NCBI RefSeq assembly: GCF_046119375.1
Contig: NW_027362769.1
Coordinates: 89,776,001-89,840,000, forward strand
Reading direction: 5' to 3'
Origin: Phyllobates terribilis
Taxonomy: Eukaryota
Length of the DNA stretch: 64,000 bases
Part shown: in pieces, positions 32,632 to 44,600 of the stretch
Numbering within the stretch: the first letter of the stretch is position 1
How the letters are laid out: every line of letters starts with the position of its first letter
Notes under the pieces: model-generated
The model's input: the letters and a program-made list of their open reading frames with translations, nothing else
Told to the model about the DNA's origin: nothing
Database searches by the model: none
Translations under genes and position numbers: made by a program

Positions 32632-35600
32632 GTGAGGGCATTTTTCTCCAAAATTTATTTTCTGTTCTATAATGTCCATAAAGCAATATTTTCTTAAAAA
32701 AAAAAAAGCTGATAANNNNNNNNNNNNNNNNNNNNNNNNNNNNNNNNNNNNNNNNNNNNNNNNNNNNNNNNNNNNNNNNNNNNNNNNNNNNNNNNNNNNN
32801 NNNNNNNNNNNNNNNNNNNNNNNNNNNNNNNNNNNNNNNNNNNNNNNNNNNNNNNNNNNNNNNNNNNNNNNNNNNNNNNNNNNNNNNNNNNNNNNNNNNN
32901 NNNTGTCCATAGGCCTTGCAGTGGTGATGTCATGACTACAGCGACTATGATGGCTATAGCCAATCACTGGTTTTGGCAGCTTTATACGTTTTCATCAGCA
33001 TCACCTCTGAGCCCTGTGATTGGCAGCAGCGGTCACATATGGTGTAGTCGTGATGTCACGGCTGTAGACTGGGCAGAGGAGAATGGCTGGACCTGCAGAG
33101 GGTTACTAACTTTGATCATATTATTTTTCCCAAGCGCAAGCCTATACACATAAAACATTTTTAGAACCGAAAACCCATCGAAATCTTTTTCTTGTTTTCT
33201 AATGTGTCGCTTTTCTTCTCCAGCTACTTCCTCAAGCTCTTCAGTAAGTAAAGGAGAACGTTGTGATGGGGCTGAACACTCGCTCCCGGTCTTCCCCAGT
33301 GAGCTGACTACTATTTTTCTAAAGAATGTGCCTAATAAATTGAACAAGAAAAACATCATGGAGGATTACTTTAAGAAGTATGGCAAAATTCTGCGTATTA
33401 ACTGCAGGATAAAGCAAAAAACGGTCCACATTCAATATAGTAACCATGTGAGTAAAAAAAAAAAAAAAAAAATTAAATAATGTGCTTATACTTTTGATTG
33501 CTGGGTCATTGGTAAAAAGGGTAATGTGGTTTTGTATTGGGATTTTAGTGAAGCTGGTGACGTCACATCTGCATATATCTACCAGCTTGCGTGTGTGATC
33601 GACGGGTATTGCACGCCTTTTTTATTCATTGGTATTGCGGGTGCGCAATACCTGATACTCGTGCAGAATTGTAATTTGATTGTCACCTATGAGTACATTT
33701 ACTAACCAAACTCTGATGGTTTAGTCATTTTAGGCAGGTACAATATATGTATTTGTACATCTGTATAAATAAGGGCATGTTCACACAGTGTTTTTTTTTT
33801 CCCAAGCGGGTTTTGAGCAGATCCTTTCCGGAAAATGCCTGAAAAAGTGCTCCAAAGAATCTTCCTATTCATTTCTATGTAAAATCGACAAGCTTTTCAC
33901 ACGTTCCGGGTTTTGAGCGTCTTTTAACCGCTTCAGATTTCTAAAAACACCAAGTGGTTAAATTAAGTGAGCTGACCATTTTTTCAGGTGTTTTCTACTA
34001 GATCCACACAGGAAGGCTTAAAAACGGTTATAAGATTCATGGGCATTTGTTTTTACTGTTTTTCACTTCAAAAATTCTGAGTGTCTTATTCATTGCTTAA
34101 CAGATTTTTATTTAAAAAAAAAAAAAAAAAAAAATGGCTAAACCCCCCCAAAAAACATATACAGAAAATGGCAACAATAAACAGTAACAAGTTGCTTCAA
34201 AAAAACAAAACCGTAACGAAAACTCTTCAGGATAAGAAAATGCATTTTTTTCTCTTGAAGTGGTTTCCGCTAGAAAATCCCATAATTTTCACACTCGTGA
34301 AACAAATGTATGAACATGCTCCTACGGTATTGATTTGGGGAAAAAAAGGAATCACTCTTAGGATACTATTTTTGCTTTTACAGAACTCTGCGGCAGCAGC
34401 AAGGAAAGCAGTGAAAAAACTACATAAAGACATTGTTGCTTTTTGGCAAAGGAAAAAAACAAGTGAGTGATTATGTCTCATTTATGTGCTACAAGTACAG
34501 AATCCCATTATTAAGACGTTCTCTTAGAGAAGCAATGCTTGCATTGGAGACTCTCTCAAATAAAATGGCATCCAATTGAGCAGACACGATTGTATGACAT
34601 TGGAGGCATACGTATGGGTGCCATTGTAGCTCCAGTGCTGTCAGAGCCATGATACACCTGTGTGTATGGACTCTTAATCCCAGTAATACTTATCATCTTT
34701 CAGGTCCTGCGAAGAAGAAAGAGGCTCAAATAGCGGAGAGAGAAGTCCGACAAAATGAGCAGAAAGGCATTTCAGCCATCGCGCCTGTATGCAAACCTCT
34801 TCTCCGAGGGCTAAAGGGGTAATTGTAAAACACTCATGGTAGTTTAGAATTGTTATTTTCTTTTTAATACTAAAATAGTTTTTTTGCTCTGTTTTAGATC
34901 TTCTCTTAAAAAGACCACATTTCCCAAGAATCTTCAGTTTAGTGTTCAAAATATTGATAGCTCAGCACCGTCTTTTGACACCTCAATGTCTTTGCCTCCT
35001 TCACTGTTGCATCTTGTGGGAACCGTAGCGGAGACCTCAGAGGAGAAGTATCGGCTCCTAGACCAGAGGGACAAGATATTGAGACAAGGTATTCAAAGAA
35101 TATGTTGAAGTTTTGCAATAATTTAGATATATAGAGAAGTAAATTTGTCATTTGTGGAAAACTAACCAAAAAAAGAAATGGATAAGTCTCTTAATACATT
35201 TTCCAATTAGTTTTCCTCCTATGTTTATAGCTCGAGTTAAACGAACTGGATTAGATCAAGCCAAAGTTTTTGTAGGAAACTGTCCTGACATGTGCCCTGA
35301 AAAGGAGCGATACATGAGGGATACTCGCAATCAACTTAGCCTCTATGAGTTCCTTCCAGGAACAGACAAGGTAATTGAATCCATCACCTTCCTACCTCCA
35401 AATATTTTGAGCATGGCATGTATATCCCCCAAAAATCTTTGTCTTTTGTAGCATTTTTTGTGTTCAGTTTACTTTGAATTGTCTACATTTTGGTTTGAAA
35501 ATAACGTTCACGATCCCTTCCTTTCAAAGTTGGACCATGCAGCTGCAATAAAAGAGTACAGCCGGTCTTCAGCAGATCAGGATGAGCCCCTGCCACACGA

Positions 35601-38600
35601 ATTGCGCCCATTACCAGTGCTGTGTATGACTATGGATTACATGGTGACCAACATCATGGATCAGGGGGAGGAAAATTACAGAGAATGGTATGACTTTGTT
35701 TGGAACCGAACACGTGGAATTCGGAAGGTGAGAACTGGCTGAGATGCTCTACTGAAAGATATGTCCATATTGAATAGTATTTTTCTTCGATTTAAAGAAT
35801 TGAAACTTTTCTTAGGTCTCCAGAAGAAATATTGTATTAAAATGTTTGGACTGAAATGATTTGTGGTTCAAATTACAGGGATTGTAAGAGATTGGTCCAA
35901 ATGTAGTTAATGCCATAAAATACACATTTTGCTGCTCTAGCACCACCTCTCCACTGGTCCGTGCCGCTGTCTGTCTGCACAGCTGCAGCGGTGATTTCCT
36001 GTCTAAACTACGTGATTGTTACAGGCACAGTTGTTGCCATGTACCTCAATATAGTCTAGGTCCGGACAACCCCTTTAAGAAAGTAAAAACATAGAAAAGT
36101 ATATAGAGATTGAGATATTGTACAAGGAATGACAGATTGAGGAAACAGTGAAAGATGTTTTTTTTTTTTTTTTCCCCTTTAGTCTAAAAAGGGGAGGATT
36201 GGGGGCGGAAATGTAGGGTAGCGAAGGTTACTAATGGCTTCTGTTTCATAATAGGTTTGTAGAGTTTTTTCTTATTCTTTTCTCTTTTTTTTTTAGGATA
36301 TTACGCAGCAGGACTTGTGTGACAGATTTACTGTGTCTTTGATGGAGAAGTGCGCGCGTTTTCACATTCACTGTGCATATCAGCTTTGTGAGGAACCAAT
36401 GTCGTCATTTGATCCAAAAATAAATAATGAGAATTTGACTAAGTGTTTGCAAAGCCTTAAGGAAATGTACCAGGACCTACAAAATCGTGGCGAGACCTGT
36501 CCTTGTGAGCCCGAGTTTAGGGGATACAGTGTTCTGCTCAACCTCAACAAGGGAGATATTCTCAGGTAAAATCTCATTGCCCTTTTAATGTTAGAAAAGA
36601 GTCTATTTTGGTATGTTTCTTTACTTTACAATGAAAATAAAAGATGCCATAGAATTATTGCCAGTACAAAACCAGGGCTCTTTTTTTTTTATAAATTAGC
36701 TTTTCTACCTTTCTGTGATATCACACTAAAATTGCTGTTGGCATCACGTCAAATCAAATAGACAGTAATGTAAGCAGAGGGCACAATTATGCCCATAATA
36801 GGCATCATGGGTTCCTCTGATAGAACTTTTACTTCTTTAAAGGGGTTGTCTGATACCTATAATGTCCTATATAAATATCTATCTTTGTGTCCTAACCACT
36901 AATGTGACCTAATTAGCTTTGTCATACAATTCCCTACCGTTCTCCCTATGCAGTTTTTTTGCTTTACTTCCTGTGACGTTTCTTTAAGGGGTGAACAGGA
37001 CGTCATCTGGAGGCAGTGCTGTGGTCACTTACTACAGCTACTGTCTCCGCCGCCTCCTGATGACGGCCTGTTCCAGGGAGGGTGATGGAGAAGTGATTGC
37101 AGTTTGTCACCTCCTGCATCTTCGGTCACAATTCTGTCCCAACCATCTTCCGTTGACACCCTCACAGTTTCTGCTTCTGACACCGCCATCTCTTTCCCTA
37201 AAATGACAATTCATCAGGGAGCGGTGATAGAAGCAGGGTGAGTGACACCAACACTGCCCCATAATGACGATTCATTTGAGGGAGGTGATAGAAGCCGTGG
37301 GGCAGTGCTGCCGTCACTCACCTTGCTCCTATCACTGCCCTCAGATGACGTCTCTTTTCAGGGAAAGAGGTGCCGGTGTCAGAACCAGGGACTGTGGCAG
37401 CGGTGACTAAAGATGCAGACGGCAGGGACAGAAGGGTGGCAGCTACTGAAACTGCAGTCACTTCTCCATCACACCCCCCCTGAAATAGGACATCATCAGG
37501 TAACGGCAGTGACAGAAGCTGTGGTAACTGATGGCAGTGCTGTCTCCTGATGATGGCCTGCTTCATTTTCCTTCAAATGAAACGTCGCAAGAAAAAAAAA
37601 AAAACATTAGAATTAGCTGGATAGGGAGAAGAGTAGGGGATTTTATACTAAAGCAAATGACAAAAGTGGTTAGGACTTAAATGTATGCTTATAAAGGATT
37701 ATAGGTATCGGACAAGACAATCCTTTAAAAAAAAAAAAAAAAAAAAAAAAAGTCACATGCATATTACTAAGCATGAGACTTCTGCATCATGGGCGGTCTG
37801 GGTTACCACCCAGCCTGTAAACTCGCCATCGGGCTGGAATTTGAAGTGAGAGCTATTTCGTCCAGGTCCTATTTATGCAAGAGGAAAAACTTTCCTCTGC
37901 TGCTTTATACAGTGAACTGCTGTTATGAGGATAGTGCGGAGGAGGGTGTTTTCATGGGGGCTACAGCTGTCTATGTTGTTTATAGAAGGGGTGGCAGGTT
38001 GTAAGGTTGTGCTGCAGTCACTTATGGGGAAGTTGGAATGGTCTGCCAATGGCACTGTCATTAAGGCATTTGGGGGATGTGCAAAACTGAACAATATCTG
38101 TTACCTATTACAATGTACTGGATGGAGGAGCCATAGCCGTGGCCTGTAGGAAAGTGCTGGCTGGAGCCACAGTGGTGGTTTTTAGAAGAATAGCACGTGG
38201 TGGAGTAAAAGCAAAATCTCATTAGAAATCATGTTCCATAAATGATTACCTAGTTTTACCTTTCTTTCTTCAGAGAAGTGCAACAGTTTGCGGAGTCTGT
38301 TCGTAACGCAGAAGAAGTGAAGTATGCCGTCCAAGTGTTCGCTGCACTAAATAGCACCAACTTTGTCCAATTCTTCAAGCTTGTCCGTTCTGCATCTTAC
38401 CTTAACAGTTGCATATTACATTGCTATTTCCCCCAGGTAATAGATGTATTCTGAATTTGATCAAGGCTTTTGAGTTTTCATTTTGTTTTTGGGTGCAGTT
38501 TAATGCCTTACCCGTGTGTCTCTCGCAGGTACGAAGAGATGCTTTGCGTGCCTTGAATGTAGCGTACACAATCAGTTATCAGAGACCCACCTTATTTCCT

Positions 38601-41600
38601 CTAGAAAACATGGTTCGCCTCCTCTTTTTCCATGATACGGAGGAAGCTGCAGATTTTCTTATATCCTATGGCTTAAGTGTTAGTGAAGGGTAAGTGTGCC
38701 TTAGAGCGGCAATCTCTGGAATATACTGTATTAATTATCCTTTATACTTACTGTGTTTTTTTTTTTTTTTTCCCCTACTGAAAGTTGTGTAGAGCTGAAT
38801 CGTACTGCATATGTTGAGCCGTTGATTCCTTTTCAGCCAAAGAGGAGCTCCTATATCAGTTCTAAGCAGCAAAAGTCTGTAGGGGAGGTTGTGAATGGAG
38901 CCCCACTCCCACAGTTTTCTTTGCATATGCCTGTTTGCAGCTTTGATGGCCAGAATAAATATACTGGAAGTTTTAGCATTTATGAACCAGGAATAACAAC
39001 AGGTAAGTAAAAAATGAACTTAAAAATAAACAAAACTTTGTGTCATGGTTCTCAGTCAGCGTTAACAAGTTGGTGTTTCTCATTAATAGCATTGGGGGAC
39101 GCAGCACATGCCACTAGGAGGCTGACAAAAGGCAGAAAAAAAAAAGTGCTGGCTCCGACAGGTCTGCTGTATCCTCCCATCGGACACTAGGCAGCTCTGT
39201 TTTAGCATAGTCTCTTTGGAGCATTTTACCCACTTCTTGTCCTAGTCTGCAGAGATCTTCATTGTTGATTCTGCCCCCACTTTGCTCCAAGGCTAGTCTT
39301 TTTTTCATTGGCTGGTGCTGACATCCAACACCAGTCTCTTGGGTTTAGGAACGTTGTTCTCACATCATAACTCTGAGTCTCTCGTTCTCCTGGAACTATG
39401 AGGACTTTTTTCTAGCCCTCTCCCTCTGGTACGCACCGTATACTAAACCACAGTAGTTTATGGTAGTTTATTATGGTTACATCATGGAGGTCACTGGGAA
39501 TTCCTTTTATGTGTTAGTAGCCACGGGTGTTTGTCCAAAAGAAGAAGTCTCTAAGTCTATTGTCTTCGCACTTCACAACTGGGCTGCATATTTTTCATCT
39601 GAGAATCTGTAGCTACAGGGGGACTGGCCCCATCTGGAGATTTTACACCATTTCTCTTTTTGGTGGAAGACTCCTGACTCGAGTCTCTTCTTGTCGTGGC
39701 TCCATCCCAGCCTGTCCGCCTGTTCTCTGGACACCATGATCTTCACTGTGAACGTACTGGTCGTCCCTTGCGGAGAGTTTTGTCTCCTCTATTTGTTCTC
39801 CAGCTGGCCAATGCATATCTAATTCCAGTTATCCTTAGTACTTAGTGATAGTCTCACCAAGCCTAGCATTCTGACCTGGTTCTTCTGGTCACTGTTGCTC
39901 CTTGGCCTCTTCCTTTTTGCCTGAACTGTCTTCTCAGGATCCCCTATTCCACCCCTTCTAAGTTTTTTGGCTTGGTTGTGAATCTAGAGATTTTAAGCCC
40001 ATAAACTTCAGTTTGTAAAGGTTTATCTCTGTACTTAGGATTCTTACTACCCTTGGTAGAAGAAACCAGGTTTTTACTTTCTTAAAATGTTTCACTCTCA
40101 ATATCTTGTAGCGAGCTGTGAAAGACAATGCTTCAGCCCCTTTACTTTTGTAGGACATGTTTTTGCCCTTTACACCCTCTTTTAGAGATCCAGACCACCT
40201 GCGAGCAGGTCTAGACTTGCTCAGGGGATGGTCGCTTTGTGCCACGCTACCAGAGTATTCTGGAACTCTTAAATCTCCTCCTATTCTGATTGTGTTAGAA
40301 ATTTTATTTCCAGCGCTTCTGCTGTGTTTTTTTCACAGACTGATTTCGAGGAGGATCACCTTTTGATCATCACCACTATTCCCAGGATCTCTGTTAGTTG
40401 TAGGCGCCTGTAGTAGATCTATCTTCCTTATTTTCCATTAGGACAGGATGGTTTACTGCTCTTTCTTCCATTCACTTCAATAAGTATATTATCCTTAGCT
40501 CCTTGGTCCCTTCCCCTTTTCATTTTCTGGAGTGTTCCTTGCAACGTTTGGTTTTCTCTATCGCTTTATTGGGGGACACAGGAAACCATGGGTGTATGCT
40601 GCTGCCACTGGTTTTATCATGGCTACTAGTATCATTCTATCCGTTACAGAAGCTCGCCATAGTTTTGACTCTCTTTTCGTAATCTCTTTCTCAAAGATTA
40701 GCTTTTTTCTAGTGGTTTTGGACTGTGATTTTGGACGTTTACAGCGCCAGGAGTAGAGCTGCTTCCTTTTGCATTTATCTCATCCGACAAGAGTGGTCAG
40801 TAGATATGATCGAACAAAATCTCCAGTGGCCAGTTGAGTATTCTGTGGTTGCTGGATGTGATTTCTGCAAATCACCACATATCTGACGACATCCACAGCT
40901 CCTCCTTTGATTGGGCGTTCTGACGTCACGTCATGTGTACATCATGCTGCAACAATGATGTCATGACAGGCCAGCTAATCAAGCGGAGTCAGAGATTCTG
41001 GCAGATAGGAGGCCGTTTTGCAGGGTTCCTGCCTGGCAACCATCAGGGTTCCGCAAATTGATTTGCTCATCTCTAGTGGTCAGGTTTCTGGCTTCCATTC
41101 CCTTGGTTGGCAAGGCTGCCACCTAGGCCGCAATTTGCATCTTTGCCCAGTTCTTTCTAGGTTCTCATCATGACCTTGGGTCAAGATGCGGCAAGTCCGT
41201 GCACTTGGTGATCCGCATGGTCAGTTTTTTGGTATTGCCCACCCTCTGGGACTGCGCTAGGATGTCCCATGGTGTTATGTCCTCCTGTGCTATTAATGAG
41301 AAAATTTGATTTTTGTATTTAATGTAAAATCTTTTTTTCCTGAAAGAGGTTTTCCCACGATCAAAAGTTAATTTTAATCAACACATCTTGGAATAATAAT
41401 AACTTCCACAATTGGATGTGATGAAATAAAATGTTCCTGTGCTGAGATAATCTTATAAATGTGCCCCTGCTGTGTACTGTGTAATGACCCTGCACAGTCA
41501 GACACAGCCATTACACAGTACACAGCAGGGGCACATTTATAAGATTATCTCAGCACAGGAACATTTTATTTCATCACATCCAATTGTGGAAGATATTATT

Positions 41601-44600
41601 ATTCCAAGATCTATTGATAAAAAATCAACTTTTATTCATGGGAAAACCCCTTTAAATACATTAGAGGACACAGATCCCACCCTATTTTTGTTTCTCTTTT
41701 CCATTGTCAATTCCCATGGTAATTGTTCTCTTTCCTGAGTTCAGGTCATGTTGGTTCCTGGTTGCTAGATTATTTTGATCCTTTCCTCTCCTAGTGCTTT
41801 TGGCTCAAAAATGAGGAGAGGGTATAGCCCACCTGGCAGAACCTAGAACCTAGAGCCAGCACTTATTTCTACCTAGTGATGGCCTCCTAGTAAAGGGCCT
41901 ATACCCTTTATTTATATATTATTAGATCTAGGTTGTCCTTGATTTGTACATTTTAATTTAGATTTTTACTTAACTTGTTTCTATATCAACAGAAAAACCT
42001 GCTCTTGAAGAAATTAAATGTACTACTGTACTGTCATTGCCTGATGCTAAGGAGTCCAGTTCTGTGCCTGCGCAGGCAGTCTTTCTGCCCATCCTGCCTC
42101 CTGAACCACCACCGTCTCCTCCCAAGCCAAAATTCAATGACGAGGTACTAAAAAAGATAAATGCCATACTATACTGGTGGTTTAAATAATTTCACATTTG
42201 GAAAATTGCAGATCAGACAGAAAATGTGGTCTTTCCTAGGCAGCCCTGTTTTCAGAAGAAATCTGCTGGGTTCAAACATATATTTAAGGCCAAGTTCACA
42301 CCAAAGCTGAGATTTCTTTTCACTCATAACCACTAATTGCAGACATCACTGCATCCGTGTGACCCTCCATGCACTTGCAATCAGTGAATTTTGGAAGCAA
42401 TGATGATTTTTTTTTATCATATTTGGCTAATGTGTATAGGCACTTTAAAACTGACTTTTTTATAGTATTGTCTTTTGATGTTTTATGCAGGATGTGGCTC
42501 ATGTCCTGGAAGATATTTTGGAGGATGCTGTGAAAGAACTGAGCGCTCCTGTCATCCAAAGTGTGACAGAATACATCTCAACTGCACTTGGGTATAACTT
42601 TATTTTCTCTTTAATGCTTAATAGGATATATATCAGTTGCAAGCAAAAGAAAATTAGCACAATTGTTTAGTTGATGACATTAAGTGATGGGACCTATTTA
42701 ATTCCAAATAATACTACAATGAATATATTCAAATCATTTTCATGGACAGGGTTTTTTCTAATTATATGAATAATTATCATTCTCATTAAAATCTTTTTTT
42801 TTTTTTTTCTTGTATTGCTTAAGTGAGTCGTCTATAGTTGCCGATCAGCTGCTGGCAGATCTTGTACTGAATTTTTCTAGAAATGTTGCAGAAGAAGAAA
42901 TAAAGGCTGAGATTGAAAGAGTGAAAGAGGAAAAACGAAGGAAGGCAGAGGAAACCAGGTAAGAAGTGTCTTTTTTCACATTGTCCTTATATCATGTTGA
43001 CAGTATTTGAGAATTTAAGAAATTACATAATCTGATCTTACAAATTTTACAACAGGAGGATTCAAGAAAGAGAGCGACTCCTTTCGTTGGAGACCCAGTC
43101 TCAATGTGCTGATCTCATAAATGACGTAGTCAGAGAGAATGTCCAGAAAATATGCAAAAAAGAGCTCCAGTAAGTGCTTTCAGGAATTGTTTTGTCAGCA
43201 TGCTAATGCCCTTAATACATGCCCCTGATACAAAATGTGCTCTCTAATATTTAATACTTAAAAAGCATAATTCTAGCCAAGCAAAAAACCAAAACGAGTT
43301 TAAATACATAATAAAAAGTATTTATCAATTTATTAATAATGTATCTTTCTTTATCGCCTCATTGGGGGACACAGGTAAACATGGGAATAAAAAGTATCAA
43401 TTTATTAATAATGCATCTTTTTGGGATATTTTATCTGCTTAAAGGTTCCTTTATTTTTATCTTTAGTTTATATTATTTAAAGGGGTTGTCTTATGCTCAT
43501 AAATTAGCATAATTGCTTTAAATAAAAACAAACAACTCTGCAATTTACCCCTCATTAAAAATCCACTCCATTCTAAAGAACAAAGGGCTTTTTAATTGTA
43601 TAGTATACAGCTCGTTGCATAGGTTACCAGCCACCTTGCAATTTTAGAGTGGCCGGTTACCTAGGCAAAGAACGCGTGGCATAAGCTAGCTCTATGCTTT
43701 ACAGCTTGCAAGAGCTGCTCTGAAGCTGCCGAGGTCTCTGGATCTAACCAGCCCCTGTCCCCCTGCGCTTCTATACTGCAGAGTTAAAGCTGCCTCTACT
43801 TCCACCCTAGAAGATGGCACAAATCAGACCAGCAGCGTGACCGTGCTCCAAACTTATCAGTCTTCAGGAGTGTGCTGCTCCTGGCAAAGCAGGAACGGTG
43901 CACTCTTGAAGATTCTTTAGACAACCCCTTTAAGGCCCTATACACAATATTATTAGCCAAGATAACCATTATCAGCAGGATCGGACAATCTAAATCTTCC
44001 CTCTTTGATTATGATTTCTTTGTTTCAGGAAAGCCGTGCAGCTTGACCACAACGAGCGCATTTTACGCTGCTCTAAGCTTGTCTGTGACCAGCATGTTAG
44101 GCGATTTGTGGATGAGGAGATCTTCCATACAGCCAGAGAAACCCTTCATGAGATGCAATGTTGCAGCAAATATATTCAGAGGTTGGGTGTTTTTCATTTG
44201 CAAAGCTAATTTGCAAACTTTTCCTGTAATATCTCAGTAGTAATATTGTCCTGTGTTTTCAGATGGCGGGAAGTTTTAGCTGCACGTAAGAAATTGAGAC
44301 GACAAATGCGCGCCTTTCCAGCAGCACCCGGTTCTGTGGGCTGTGATGGTAAACTGAAAGCTTTGATTCCCAGTGCGGATACCCACGATGTACAGAACTT
44401 GTCTAAAGGAATTGTTAACTTGGGGCATTCTGGAAGATTAAGTGTTTCCTTTACAAGGTGGGCTCATTGGTCTTTTAGTGCAAAAAAAACAACAAACAAA
44501 ATCAAACCCACCCTTAGACTTTGTTGCATAATGATCAGTGAAATTGTAGAAAACTCCTTCTTGTTATTCATTCATCTACAGTATATACAGATAGTTCATT

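Noticed and set aside
37760-38220. Short ORFs that might be a LINE or ERV remnant
   Set aside because: No diagnostic motif, so it cannot be assigned without a database search.
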